This document shows positions 1-13,488 of a DNA stretch of 64,000 nucleotides, one piece after another; the stretch's first letter is position 1, and each line of letters opens with the position of its first letter. The notes beneath the pieces were generated by a model. That model was not told the DNA's origin and did not search any database. It saw nothing but the letters and a program-made list of their open reading frames with translations. Source of the DNA: the human T2T-CHM13v2.0 reference genome, Homo sapiens. Made by a program: the position numbers and the translations under genes. The DNA is taken from assembly GCF_009914755.1 (NCBI RefSeq), contig NC_060932.1. The stretch is one strand, 5' to 3'.

Positions 1-341
1 CCTAGTGGAAGGTGTTTAGGTTGAGGGGTTGGATTCCTCATGAATAGATTAGTGCCCTCCCTCAGGGGTGAGTGTGTTCTTACTCTGTCAGTTCTCATTA
101 GATCTGATTGTTAAAAAGAGCCTGGTGCCTTCTCCCTCTCTCTTGCTTCCTCTCTTGCCATGTGATGCTGGCTCGCTTTGCCTTCTGCCCTGAGTAGAAG
201 CTTCCTGAAGCCCTCACCAGAAGCAGATGCTGGCCCCATGCTTCTTGTACAGCCTGCAGAACCATGAGCCAAGTAAACTTTTCTTTACACAATTCTCAGC
301 CTCATATATTTATTTATAGCAACACAAAATGGACTAAGACA
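1..341 (+). mobile_element. MaLR LTR (MSTB/MSTD-like), cut off by the window start
   Basis: Contains MST-type motifs GCCCTCACCAGAAGCAGATGCTGG and CTTGTACAGCCTGCAGAACCATGAGCC; ends in ATAGCAACACAAAATGGACTAAGACA. Confidence 0.85.
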
Positions 342-936
342 CACCCCTTACCCATGTTAATTTAGAAGAGCTGATGCTAACATCACTGCTGGGAAGATGC
401 ACTTAGGTCATGCAGTGAGCTACTTTAGACCCATAAATACTTGATACTTGAGCAGTAGCTCTTGTCTGGATTATCAAGAAGTTTATGGAGAGTCCTGGGA
501 GCCTCTGAGATGGTACCCAGCCCATAACATATCTGATGAAGATCAATCTCCTTCCTTGGTGGTTCATGGTGCTGTGTTGGAAAGATGCCAAGGTTTGATG
601 CATTCTCAGAAGTCCCCTGAACCACAGGCAAGAGACTCCCTTGGACTTGGTGCAACCCAAGACTCCCACACACTTTCATCCACAGCAGCTTCTGTTGTGC
701 TCCTACTGGAAGCACAGGCTGTGGAAAAAGAGCAAGAGACAAATGGTCTGAGAGAAAACCATCAACAAAATAAATGGTGGTTCCCCCTGGGCTGTGGGTA
801 TCTGGGAGGTTCTCATGGAGGATAAGCAGATCATGCTGGCTTATCAGCATGCTTCCCTTGGCAAGAGTTTTTACTCAGACATATGATGAGGTTAAATCCA
901 CAAAATCCACACAGAGCTCTTCAAAGGAAGGACTGT

Positions 937-1125
937 GAACAGGTGCTGGTCTACAAATTGACTGTTACCAGTTCATAAAGAGATAAGTATGGAGATAATG
1001 AGTAAACATTTAGAAACTTTTATGGCTATTTGACATGACTACAACATTCAAGCACAGGATTAGTGGATTTGTCTTGCTGAACATGGTAGAGATGAAAAAT
1101 ACTGGTCTGCAACAGCTTGGAAATG
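937..1125. mobile_element. Probable hAT-Charlie-type DNA transposon fragment
   Basis: GAGATAAGTATGGAGATAATGAGTAAACATTTAGAAACTTTTATGGCTATTTGACAT resembles a recalled MER/Charlie consensus; family not resolved. Confidence 0.4.
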
Positions 1126-1444
1126 AAAACAATGACAAACAAAACAGCAAACTGATCCTTCAACCACAGCTAGTTGCAATAGCAGTACTGTAGACAGCAT
1201 GAGGTAGAATTGGATTTTGATGGTTTATTCTCAGCATGCTTTGAGTGCCAGCCATTTTCCTGCAGCTGGGGAAGGAGGGCTGAGTATCATTCCTAAGGAG
1301 TTCACAGTTCACCTGGGAAGACAGACAGGCCAACCAATTCATGTAACCCAGTCAGATAGAGGCTAGGATAGAGCTTACTCTAGGTGCTCCCCACAACATC
1401 CAAAGCAAGGCTGCTCTTCCTTGTCCATTTGGGATGCCTGGTGA

Positions 1445-1695
1445 TAATGATGATAGCATCCATTTATCAAGCATTTACATCATATCAGACTCTGAATTAA
1501 CCAATTTACATGCACTATCTGTTTAATCCCTCATAAGATCTCTCTGGCTAAGTACCTTATTGTCACTTTCAATTTATATGTGTATAAATTAGGGCTCCGA
1601 GAGGATAAAAGAACTTGTCCAAGATCATAGCTTTAATTCATGGAAAAGCCAGAATTCACAGATCACCTGACTTCATAGTCTAAATTCTTAACCCC
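1445..1695 (-). mobile_element. MIR SINE
   Basis: Antisense MIR core GGCTCCGAGAGGATAAAAGAACTTGTCCAAGATCATAGC, with the CATTTATCAAGCATTTAC end. Confidence 0.75.
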
Positions 1696-4600
1696 TACCT
1701 ATGTTGCCTTTAATCTGGCTTGTTGTACTTGCTTGTTCAGTAGCGGGAGAAAGACTGAATTCAATGCCTCTTTAGCGGCTTACAAATGGTTGGCACACAG
1801 TAGGTGCTTGTGATGAAGCAGAGGATAGTGCAGCTGATATTTACTCCCTCCACCTCAACCAGACTCCAAGGGAGGAGAATGTGTGCCCATAATATTGATG
1901 GTGAATTTGGCCATGTGACTTGCTGGATTAATGTGACTTGTTGGAATGAAGGCAGCAGAGCTGATTCACTGGCTCTGACACTAAGAGCGTCATGTGTTTC
2001 TGCTTGTAATTGGGGTTTTTTTGAAGCAATACCTAGTAGCAAAATGCTCAATAAATATTTGTTGAATAATGAATCTGGTGCCATGGGAACATATAAAAAG
2101 GTACCTGACCCAGTGCGAGGGTAAAGAAAGGAGTCTTTGTAGAGGAACTCCTTGAGTAAGATAGTTATCCAAATTTTTCATAAATCAGTTCCTGATGGTC
2201 ATCCCAGTGCCTAATACCTAATAGTGGACTAATATCAACTGCATGGTTGAATACCAAAAATATTAGATTAATATAAAGTTATATATATGAGCTAGATAAT
2301 ACTTTTTAATCTAAAGGGTTAAAGCTATTAGTACTGAAATTAACAACTTAAATGCATTAGTATCCCTCGTACTTTTTAATTAATCAGTGTCTTCATCTGA
2401 AATGCATGTAGCCATTCCTTCATCCCTGGACACCCACTGATTCTCACATAAAGCTGATGCTTAAATTACAGTCCTTCTTTTCTCTCTTAAAATATAAATG
2501 TTTACTCAGTACCTACATTTCTCCTTTGCTGCCAGGGCTCAAAGCAGAGGTGAAAAAATGCCTGAGAAAGACAATTTGCCTAAACTGCCAATATGAAAGA
2601 AAGCCAGAGTTACCAGCATACTTCCAAGAAAGGCTGCTTTCAAAAGATTCTAGCTGGATTTTTTGCTAGATACAAAGGGTTTAAATAAACATCCAAACTT
2701 CTGCATGCTTATCAAGACTGAACCTCTGAACCAGTCACAGACAAAAAGATCTAAGGCAAGAGAATGAGAAATCTCATGAATAAAGATTATATTTAACTGT
2801 AAATGCCCCCCCCCACCCCGCCTTGTCCTAGTGGCTTCCCACAGAAGGAGAATAGACAGTATTTTGAACAGATGAGTGAAAAACATCAGCATACATAGGT
2901 TATACCTAAAAGTAAATAGCATTCATGTTCCCTTAACAGACCCAAATCTAACACCAAAATGCAATAGATTTGTGTACTGTAGCATATCTAGAGGTCTAAA
3001 TGTTTTTCTTCTTTTCTAAGGAATACATTTCTATTAAATTTCCATGAATACTTGATATACACATATTCATGGATTTTCAATTTGTCTGCTTCATAAGCAG
3101 AAGGCTAATAGTATAAAAACATGGAACTTATTAAAACACCTGAATCCCAGGCCATTTGGTTTATCTTGAATACCAAATAGAGTATTGGAATGTTTTAAAT
3201 TAAAGTGCACAATTCTTACCACCTTGATGAGAGTCTTATATTCTGTACACAGACTAACTAATGAAATCACAAATCATGGAAGAGTTGAGAAATAAGGTGT
3301 GATAGGGCCTTTTAAAAAATAATTTACTTCTCAAGATGCAAGTAAAAAAATGGAAGTAAAAAAAAAACCCCCCACCATGATTGTTTTTATAACACACATT
3401 ACAAGGGACCCTTGTTTTCCTCTATGACACTACAAATGTTCTTATTTTATATTAAAACAAGTTTACCTACTAGTTCCAAAAATCAATGTGTACAAGTTTA
3501 ATTGGCTTTATCTCCTCTCTAGTCTATTGTCTCTTTTCTTCTACCTCCTGACCAATCCATTTATTCCTTTGACTTTGCAGTTTGACAATGGCAATGGCAA
3601 TTAGCTAATATTCTGTTATATTCAGTGACTTCATGGTAGGGCAGGAGGAACAAGCCTATATCCCTGAGGGAAGCAGGAAAGGCTGTGCTGCCACACTTGG
3701 CGGGCTCCTGCTCCTGCTGCAGCTCCTTTGAACTCCTGCTCCTCCCCCAGGTAACTTCTCCCACTGCCTGAGGCCTTGGTGGTTTCCATGACCCCTAGCG
3801 TCCCATGCAGCAGAGACGTGGTCATGCCTAGCATTGTGTAATCCAGATGTGGATTCCCTGAAGTTCAAAGCACCACCAAACAAGCCCCTCCCCTAGAAGG
3901 GCCCATATCTCCTCCAGCTACACGGCCTTGTTTTTCTGTCTGTCCAAAACCACACTTTTCTGACAATGGCCTACGTTCCTTGCGGCTGCTTTCTCCTGTC
4001 CCTTTCACTTCTCAATTTGCTACAGTCAAGCTTCTGACACTTCTGGTCATTGAAACTACCCTTGTCAGGGTGACCAGCGCCCCTCGTATTGCCATATACC
4101 ATAGACATTTCTCAACTCTCGACTTCCTCGATTTGCAGCAGCATTTGGCATCGCGCACTTCCTCCCTGGGCTCACTTTCCTCCCTGCTTGCATTGTCTGA
4201 CGCCACAATCTTGTGTCCCTCCTGCTCTGCTGGCTGCTGTTTCTCAGCTTCCTTTGCACTCTTCTGTCAAACTCTAAAAACAGTGGAGAGCTGGAGAGCT
4301 TGCATTGGAGTGCATTTTTCTGCTCTGCTTTATTTTTCCTATGTTCTCATTCAGTCTCATTTGTATGCTGATGACTTACACATTTGTATCTTTGGCTCCA
4401 GCGTCTCACCTGAGTTGGAGACATATTAAACCCACCCTCTGCTTGTTATCTCTACTCATCTAACTTAAAACCAAAATTAAATAAACAAGCAACAACAACA
4501 AACACCAACTTCTTGATTTAACTTCCCAGCGTATACCATCCCCCTGCCATCTTCCCTATATCAGTGATTGGCACTGCCATTCCCCTTTCAATCAAGTCCA

Positions 4601-4785
4601 ATTTAGGGAGCTATCCATTTCTTTTTTCTTTTTTTTTTTTCACTATTCTCACATCACATTGCTAAGTAAATTCTATTAGCTTTACCCTCAAAATGTATAA
4701 CAAATCTGTTTACTTCCCTTCACCTGCACAGCTTACCACCCTTGTATAAGATATTGTCTGTTGCCAAGAATCTTGCACCAGACTA

Positions 4786-4948
4786 GTGGTTCTCAAAGTG
4801 TGATCCCTGGACCCGCAGCATCTGCAGCACCTGGGAAATAATAAGAAATACAAATTCTGAAATATTGAATCAGAAACTCTGAAGGTGGAGGCCAGCAATT
4901 TGTGTTTTAATAAGCCCTCCTGTGATTCTGATGCATTCCTGAAGACTA
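4786..4948. mobile_element. MER5A (hAT-Charlie MITE)
   Basis: AGTGGTTCTCAAAGTGTGATCCCTGGACC...GAATCAGAAACTCTG...TGTGTTTTAATAAGCCCTCC...GATTCTGATGCA. Confidence 0.85.
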
Positions 4949-5011
4949 ACATGCCTTCTGCTTCATTTTTGTCTCAGATCACACTATCTTACAAATGAAA
5001 ACTTTCCAATG

Positions 5012-5313
5012 GGCCGGGAGCAGAGGCTCGTGCCTGTAATCCCAGCAATTCGGGAGGCTGAGGCGGGTGGATCACTTGAAGCCAAGAGTTTGAGACCAAT
5101 CTGGTCAGCATGGCAAAACCTGTCTCTGCTAAAAACAAAAAACAAAAACTAGCTGGGTGTGATGGCACACACCTGTAGTCCCAGCTACTCAGGGGGCTGA
5201 GGCAGGAGAATTGCTTGAGCCTGGGAGGCGGAGGTTGCAGTGAGCCGAGATCGCATCAGTGCATTCCATCCTGGGCGACAGAGTGAGACCCTGTCTCAAA
5301 AAAAGAAAAAAAA
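5012..5313 (+). mobile_element. Alu (AluS-like), full length
   Basis: Dimeric Alu with A-tail; TSD GAAAACTTTCCAATG at 4997-5011 and 5314-5328. Confidence 0.97.
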
Positions 5314-6996
5314 GAAAACTTTCCAATGGCTTACAATTTATCCTTTCTAATTTCTTCTTTACATTATATTCTAGGTGTTCTGGTGCATTTCTATATCTTT
5401 GATCTCATAACATATCGTCCATCCTTCCCACACTCCTTCTCATGGACATCTTCATTCTTTGACTACACCAAACTCACGCCTACTTCTGTGCTCACACTGA
5501 CTGTTTATTATTTCTGAAATCCTCTTTGCCAGATTCTCTCATATCTGACACTTTCTTATCGTTTAGCTTTCAGCTGAAATGTTAACTCCAGTAGGAATCT
5601 TCCCTAACCTTCATATCTGCACACCATTTTGTATTGCATTGTTCATAGCATTTATCTCTAAAAAGATTATATTACTCATTGATTCACTCAATTATTGTTT
5701 CTCTCTCCCAACAGAATTTAAGCTTCAGTGGAGCAGCGATCTTATCCACCTCATCCATTACTCTATTGCCAATGCCCAGAACAGTGCCCAGAACACATAC
5801 CATGAATCAGGGCATGAAAAGCTGCATTAAATACAGAATAACTGTGTATACTCCACAGGGCTCAAATTGCTTCTCCTCCACGAGAGACACACCAGTCTGT
5901 GACTGGCTGTCAACCCAAAATGTGATACTTAATTGGAACTCACATTGGCCACTGCTGCTGACAGTTCAGCAGCCAGGTGACCACAGTAAGTCCTCAATTA
6001 ATGGTGGCTGGTAATTGCAATTTCATAGGGCAAGCTTCTACCTTACACTTCTTTTATCCAAATGTTCTTCACTTCTTGAGCATGTATTATTTTAGGTGAA
6101 CTTTAGAATTCTTTTCCATTTTCCAAAAATCTCTGAAAAGGTTATCCAGAATTCCTTTACATTTATAAATCAGTTTGGAATTTAATAAGGGCAGTAGAGG
6201 AAAAGATCTGTATTTGGACATGCAAAAGGGATAAAGGTAATCTTGGAACAATTTCCCACTGGCTTACTTAATACTCGACATACTTAAATACCTCCTAATA
6301 GGTCCCCTTGTAAGCATTTTAAAATTCGCAATTTTCAAATATTTAGTGGGGAAAAAAAACAAGTCTTCCCAAATGGCTTGTGAGATTTTCTCATAGGAAG
6401 AATTCCAAGAAGAATATGTAATAATAGTCTACATTTCCATAAAAAGTATGAGATATTTTGATGTGTTGGTTACATCTAAGCCTGGAAACTATAATCAGAA
6501 ATCTGGTCTTTGGAGCTTTGTGTGAAAAACGAATCAGTTTCAAAATGATTCCTTTAAAATATTTCTTATATTTTAAGTGAGTTGCTTTTTTGGTGTGGCA
6601 GCTGTATTAACGTTGGCTGGAATTCCTTTTCTAACAAAAGAATTCACAACATTTTCTTGTTTGGCAAAATAAATAAGATGCAAACAAAATACTTTCATTA
6701 TGTTTTTTGAAAGGTAGGAGGAAACTACATATGTGGTAGATGAGAATGTTTTAAAAATACAGAGTTCTTAAAAAACATAAATTAGGTAGTTATAATTACA
6801 GAGATATGAAGATTCTCAGTTTTGCTTACTGTCTTGAGGCAGCTTACTTAATAAATTATTTAGTAAACTTACAGATGTTGTTAATTATATTAGCATCTAG
6901 AATAATTAATATTAAATGGCATTTCTCTGGCATGCCCACATTAAGAACGACTGGTGTTAATCTAAGAAATTGACAAATATATATATATATGTTATG

Positions 6997-7044
6997 AATA
7001 TATATTTGATTTAATATATATTTGATCTAATATATATTAGACTT
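6997..7044. repeat. AT-rich 16-bp unit x3, imperfect
   Basis: AATATATATTTGATTT / AATATATATTTGATCT / AATATATATTAGACTT. Confidence 0.7.
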
Positions 7045-7456
7045 ACTGTAATATATTTGGTTTTATTCAAAATAATTTACAAAATATTTTACTATGTAAG
7101 CCTTTATCCCTGTGACTCCTAAAGACTCTAGTAAAAAAATCAAAATATAAAATTATTTGATATTCACTTAACAGAAGACTCATATTAGAGCACGGCCTTT
7201 CTTTTTAATTAAGTTTCTATTGAGGAACATCATATATACAGTAAAGTGCACCAGTCTTACTTGATGAGCCTTAATATATGTGTAGCATGAATGAACTCTG
7301 CCCCCTGCCAGCTCAGATGACATTTCCAGTATTCCAGAAGGCTTCCTCACACTCCTTCTAGCCAATATTCCCAGTCAGATAACCACTATTTTTATTTCTA
7401 TTACTATAGATTAGTTTTGCCTGCTCTGGAACCACATGTCAATGGAACATCATGTA

Positions 7457-8533
7457 CTGTCATGCACTGCCTAACAACATTTTGGTCAATGAGGGACCAA
7501 AAAAATTGATGGTGGTCTTATAAGAAAGTGATATGATATTTTTACTGTTCTTTTTCTATGTTTAGATATATTTAGATACACAAATTTTTTTTAATTTTAT
7601 TATTATTACACTTTAAGTTTGAGGGTACATGTGCACAATGTGCAGGTTAGTTACATATGTATACATGTGCCATGCTGGTGTGCTGCACCCATTAACTCGT
7701 CATTTAGCATTGGGTATATCTCCTAATGCCATCCCTCCCCCCTCCCCCCACCCCACAACAGTCCCCAGGGTGTGATGTTCCCCTTCCTGTGTCCGTGTGT
7801 TCTCATTGTTCAATTCCCACCTATGAGTGAGAACATGTGGTGTTTGGTTTTTTGTCCTTGCGATAGTTTACTGAGAATGATGATTTCCAATTTCATCCAT
7901 GTCCCTACAAAGGACATGAACTCATCATTTTTTATGGCTGCATAGTATTCCATGGTGTATATGTGCCACATTTTCTTAATCCAGTCTATCATTGTTGGAC
8001 ATTTGGGTTGGTTCCAAGTCTTTGCTATTGTGAATAGTGCCGCAATAAACATACGTGTGCATGGGTCTTTATAGCAGCATGATTTATAGTCCTTTGGGTA
8101 TATACCCAGTAATGGGATGGCTGGGTCAAATGGTATTTCTAGTTCTAGATCCCTGAGGAATCGCCACACTGACTTCCACAATGGTTGAACTAGTTTACAG
8201 TCCCACCAACGTGTAAAAGTGTTCCTGTTTCTCCACATCCTCTCCAGCACCTGTTGTTTCCTGACTTTTTAATGATTGCCATTCTAACTGGTGTGAGATG
8301 GTAGATACACAAATATTTACTATGGTGTTACAATTGCCTACAGTATTCAGTATAGTAGCATGCTATACAGAAGTGTAGCTGAGGAAGAGTAGGCTGGACC
8401 ATATAACCTAGGTGTGTAGTAGGCTACACCATCTAGATTTGTGTAAAGACACATTCTGATATTCACATAATGATGAAATCACCTCATGTCACATTTCTCA
8501 GAACTTACCCCATGGCTAAGCAATGCATGACTA
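7457..8533 (+). mobile_element. Tigger3a-like MITE (TcMar-Tigger), split by an L1PA
   Basis: Termini CTGTCATGCAC and GCATGACTA, each flanked by TA; internal GTGTAGTAGGCTACACCATCTAG. Confidence 0.85.
7586..8301 (-). mobile_element. L1PA3-like 5'-truncated L1 (ORF2 C-terminus plus 3' UTR)
   Basis: ORF 7810-8250 is the L1 ORF2p C-terminus (…PLWKSVWRFLRDLELEIPFDPAIPLLGIYP…); poly-T at left; TSD TAGATACACAAAT at 7573-7585 and 8302-8314. Confidence 0.95.
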
Positions 8534-8695
8534 TAAATGTAGTATGTATGTTTTTTTGACTAGCATCTTTCATTCAACACTATGTGAGATTCATCCATGT
8601 TGTTGCATGTGGCACCATTCCATTTTCGTTTTTGTAATTGAAAAGAAACAGTATAAACTTGGAGACAGTTTAGAGAAGAATAAGGAAATCGTTAA

Positions 8696-8982
8696 GGCCA
8701 GGCACGGTGGCTCACCCCTGTAATCCCAGGACTTTGGGAGGCCAAGGCGGGCGGATCATAAGGTCAAGAAATCATGACCATCCTGGCCAACATGGTGAAA
8801 CCCCGTCTCTACTAAAAATACAAAAATTAGCTGGGCATGGAGGCACGAGCCTGTAGTCCCAGCTACTTGGGAGGCTGAGGCAGTGGCTTGAACCCGGGAG
8901 GCGGAAGTTGCAGTGAGCCAAGATCTAGCCACTGCAGTCCAGCCTGGCGATAGAGCAAGAAACTGTCTCAAAAAAAAAAAAA
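8696..8982 (+). mobile_element. Alu (AluSc-like)
   Basis: GGCCAGGCACGGTGGCTCAC...GGCGGATCATAAGGTCAAG...A-tail. Confidence 0.95.
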
Positions 8983-9492
8983 GTTAACATTTGGTTCGTT
9001 GAGCATTAAGTCTGCATATACATTCAAGTTCTGGATCCCCGAATGAAAACCACTGGTGTTATCTCCTATCTGTTCCCAAATTTCACATCTCCAGAATGCT
9101 TATGTCATGATCTTCCTAGGGACCTCAAGTCAGACAAGACCTGTCAAACTGGACATATAGCAATAAGTAAAAAAGGCTAATGGTTCAGGGACTCGTCTTA
9201 CAGGATAAGGACAATGGAAGATTTTTCAGACTAGTTCTTGAATGAGTATCTTGACTTTTGTCAAGGGAGCAATTCTCATTTCCACTGAAAATATGGTAAC
9301 AGCTTAGAGTCTTAGATTGTTTAGGGGATGGTGCCAAGATAAGGATGAGAAGGATTTAATACCTATAGAATTATGGAATCATATAAAAAGGGATTATGCT
9401 AGCTACTTCTCTGCAGACTTTGGAAAAAATAGGAAATAGGTATGTCTTAAAAGCACAATGAAAATGTTCAACTTTATATAACAATAAACAGA

Positions 9493-10250
<758 letters not shown>

Positions 10251-10299
10251 TAAGAAGCAAATGTCAAAAGTTGTTGTTTGACCCATGTAATGCTTTTAA

Positions 10300-11960
10300 A
10301 ATGAAGCTTCCAGGGACCTTGATGCTCTGACTTTCTTCAGCGCATCACACTGGTCCCTATATTGATAACACTGTGCTGATTGAACCTGGTAAACAAGAAG
10401 TGGCAAGTAATCTGGGTGCCCTAGTGACACACAGGGAGTCAGAGAGTAGCAGATAAACCTTGTAAAGCAGGAGTGGCCTGCTGCATTGTAAAATTTTAAG
10501 GGTCTGGACAAGCCAGATTATCCCTCTTATGATAAAGGTCAAGATACCACATCTTGTACCCCTGTGTTAACAAAAGACTGTGAGATCCACGAGGAAGGAA
10601 AGGAGAAGACTTTATTTTCAGAAGGAGAAGCAACCCATAGATAAGGAACATAGCTTCTGGAGAAAATCAAAAGCGTATGTTCCACAGAAGAGAGTGAGGA
10701 GAGTCAGACTTACATACATATGGAGCAGGATGAGGGAAAATCTATGAATATTGGTGAGGGAAATCAGTCATGGGCACAGTGGGCATTCATATATGTAACA
10801 TATTTTATGTTCACTTTCGGAGTTTTAGCATTAAAATTAGGTGGAATTCAACTCTTTACAACAAAAGGTGAACTGTAGAACACAAAGACAGTTTGTGTGC
10901 AGCCTCCATAAGCTGGCTGAAACTGGCTTGAGATCTGCAGCTATTCATTAATAAAGAATGTCTCTAAGACCAGCCCTTTGTCCAGTCCAAGTTGTGGCAG
11001 GAATGGCAAGGTGGGGAAAGGGGGTTGTGTCGGCTTGCTGGCATCTGGTGGTTTATCAGGGTCAGGCGGGAAAATTTCCAGCTGTAGTTGTTTTGGCAAT
11101 GCTTTTCAGGACCTGGCTTCTGCTTAATTACAGGAAAGAAAACTTATAGCAATTAATGAAGGATATATGACTAATCCTTCATCCTGCTAGCCATGAGATT
11201 CGGGTTTATTTTTGGTGTGTCTCATTTTGGGTGCAGGGAGTTCATTTTGTCTGTCTGTTAGGGTATATCTTAATACCTGCCATGTGAATGTGGAGACAAA
11301 TTGCACCACGCTTGGGACTACTGCTCCAACCCATTCTGCAGATGACTTAGAAATCTGCCTGTTTTGAGTGGGAGACCTCTGCTGTGGTCTATGCCCTGTC
11401 ACTCAGGCTGAATGGCCCAGGCCACCCAATAGTGCTAGAGGATGCATCGTGTGGCAGTTCCCAATTCAAGAGTTCAGCCCAGAGCCTAGAGGCCCTGCCT
11501 CCTACAGCAGAGAACGGTTTGAAGAGCAGCTTTTGTGTGCTCCTGGGCCCTAGGAGAGATTGAGCATTTGGCAATGGGACGTCAAGTGACAGTGGCCCAG
11601 TCTGCCCAGCATGGGCTGAGACTTGTCACAAGCCAGAGCAGGCCAAGAGCAATTCCTTGTGCTGTGGAAATGGTGCTGGAGGATCTTGCCAGAGTGGGGC
11701 CAGAGAGCAGAAGGAAGGCAAATAAGTGGGTTCCTTCCCTAGCTCTATCTGTGGCCTCAGGGATATGGGGAGGGGAGGAGAAACCTGGGGCTCCTCCTGG
11801 ATAGTTCAACGTATTTGTGTGAGCTGAAAGTGGACTGTGACCACACTGGAGCCAATTTTGACAAATGGCAACTTCCATGTAACCCACCTCTATCAAGACA
11901 GGCCATCCACTTATAGGGAGTGAGTTTGTATATGAACTTACTCAATGACAGGTATACAGA
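10300..11960 (+). mobile_element. ERVL-class internal pol remnant (HERV16/ERV3-16A3-like), split by a solo LTR
   Basis: CTGGTCCCTATATTGATAACACTGTGCTGATTG reads as a decayed RT YIDD motif (YIDN); downstream TTTTGAGTGGG, TTTGAAGAGCAGCTTTTG and GAGATTGAGCATTTGGCAATGGGACGTCAAGTGAC follow ERVL pol. Confidence 0.75.
10565..11275 (-). mobile_element. ERV1-class solo LTR, family unresolved
   Basis: 711 bp bounded by TGTTAA...TTAATA with a 4-bp TSD CCTG (10561-10564 and 11276-11279); TTTATT near the left end is an antisense polyA signal. Confidence 0.75.
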
Positions 11961-12176
11961 CTAATCTCTCAAAAATCGTATGCTTCATAGGAAAATAGCA
12001 TTCTATAATGCAGTACTAATTTTAAATTACTATGTCTTTGTTATAGCCAGATTATTTAGCTTGAATAAATGAAAAAAACTTGTAACTTAGCTAGTAAACA
12101 ATCACTAGAATTCTCAGGCCAATTTTTAATGAACTGTTAATATACTATGCATACACATATTGGTATATATGGAGTG

Positions 12177-12207
12177 TCTGTGTGTGTGTGTGTGTATGTG
12201 TGGGTGT
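12177..12207. repeat. (TG)n microsatellite, imperfect
   Basis: Direct reading. Confidence 0.85.
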
Positions 12208-12289
12208 TTTATTCTTGGTACTTTACTATATTTCTCAGGTTAAAAATTTATATGCCTGTTATTGGATGCATAACCCACTATTCATATGC

Positions 12290-12387
12290 ATCTATCATCT
12301 ATCTATCTATGTACCTATCTAACTATCTATCTACCTATCTATCTATCTATATACCTATCTAACTATCTATCTACCTATCTATCTATG
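12290..12387. repeat. (CTAT)n tetranucleotide repeat, imperfect
   Basis: Direct reading. Confidence 0.9.
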
Positions 12388-13272
12388 TATTAAATATCAA
12401 TCATCTCATTTGTTTTCTGGTATATTTATGCTCTTTTAGGGAATGATTAACTTTCGGGTCATACAAATTTTTGTCCTTTAGGTACTGACTTTAGGTACTC
12501 ATGAAGTTTTAGTGACAGTTTGTTTGTGTTCAGGAACAGAAGGAATATAATGGATTTGTGACTGGATTCCTTGGTATCTAATTTGAATTTTTCATTTACA
12601 CAGCTGGTTTTATTTGCTCTGAGGTATTATTGCAAAGAAGGATAGAAGAAGCACATGTGTTACGCTAAGCTCCAAGCTCATTTAAACATTTTATCTTCCA
12701 AATCCTGAACTACAATTGACCCCTTCAAAGTTCAGATTTATATTTACTCTTGGAATTATTAAAATTCCTGTTTTTATAAAAGAAGTCATAGAAAAAAAAT
12801 CATTGGGAATAAAATCTGTCTCCCAAATCCTACTAAGTAATTATAAGTGGAACTAAAATAATTGACTTAATTTTTCTTAAATAACTGTAGAAAGATGTGA
12901 GTTAAATATACAAGTAAAGCAATTCCATTTTTGCTAGTAATTCATTTGTTTAAAACATAATTCATGTTTGGTGCAATTTCTTTATTATCCAGGCTCTTGA
13001 TTCAACAGAAGTCAGGCAGAAAGGGTTTCTTGAATTTTGTTTTATCTTCTAATATTATGAGGCTTATCTTTGAATATTTAACTTTATGTTTTGGTGATGA
13101 CTTTTTCTTTTATAGTGTCTATTATAAAGCTACTAGAGAAGAAAATATAGTGATGGAACCATATAAAGATACATCAAATACATCATGTGGAGTAGTTTAT
13201 ATTAATCTTAAGACTAAAAGTTACTCCCAAGTGGGATATTCTGAAGCAACAAATCATCTCTTTGGGTATCAT

Positions 13273-13304
<32 letters not shown>

Positions 13305-13488
13305 TGAGACAGAGTCTTGCTCTGTCACCCAGGCTGTAGTGCAGTGGTGTGAACACAGCTCACTGCAGCCCCGACCTCCTGGGGTAAAGTGATCCTCTTG
13401 CCTCAGCCTCCCAAGTAGCTGGGACTACAGGCATGTGCCACCATGCCCGGCTAGTTTTTTAATTTTTTGTAGAGATTTAGTCTTGCTA
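13273..13488 (-). mobile_element. AluJ-like, 5'-truncated
   Basis: (TTTTG)n tail, right arm and part of the left arm; TSD TGGGTATCAT at 13263-13272 and 13489-13498. Confidence 0.92.

Larger units (their letters stand above)
4000..5800 (+). mobile_element. L2 LINE remnant, interrupted by MER5A and an Alu
   Basis: L2 motifs GAAACTACCCTTGTCAGGGTGACCAG, TATGCTGATGACTTACACATTTGTATC and CCCAGAACAGTGCCCAG near the 3' end. Confidence 0.75.
7198..8630 (-). mobile_element. Old L1M (L1MD/ME-like) 3' end, split by Tigger3a and L1PA
   Basis: ATATATACAGTAAAGTGCACC...TAGATTAGTTTTGCCTG on the left; CATTCAACACTATGTGAGATTCATCCATGTTGTTGCATGT on the right. Confidence 0.7.

Noticed and set aside
342-870. Overlapping ORFs of 125-141 aa (425-850 minus, 448-825 plus)
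   Set aside because: No recognisable domain or splice context; may be an old LTR-class repeat that I could not name.
3560-3900. GC-richer patch with CCTATAT and a CAG|GTAACT donor-like site
   Set aside because: No CpG island, initiator evidence or linked exon; too weak to call a promoter.
3980-4429. 149-aa ORF
   Set aside because: Non-ATG start and lies wholly within a decayed L2 element.
7731-7754. C-run tract that could form a G-quadruplex on the minus strand (also near 26406 and 29804)
   Set aside because: Standard polypurine tract of L1PA 3' UTRs.
7810-8250. 146-aa ORF as a gene
   Set aside because: L1 ORF2p C-terminus in a 5'-truncated copy with no promoter.
12964-13392. 142-aa ATG-initiated ORF
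   Set aside because: AT-rich composition, ends inside an antisense Alu, no recognisable homology.
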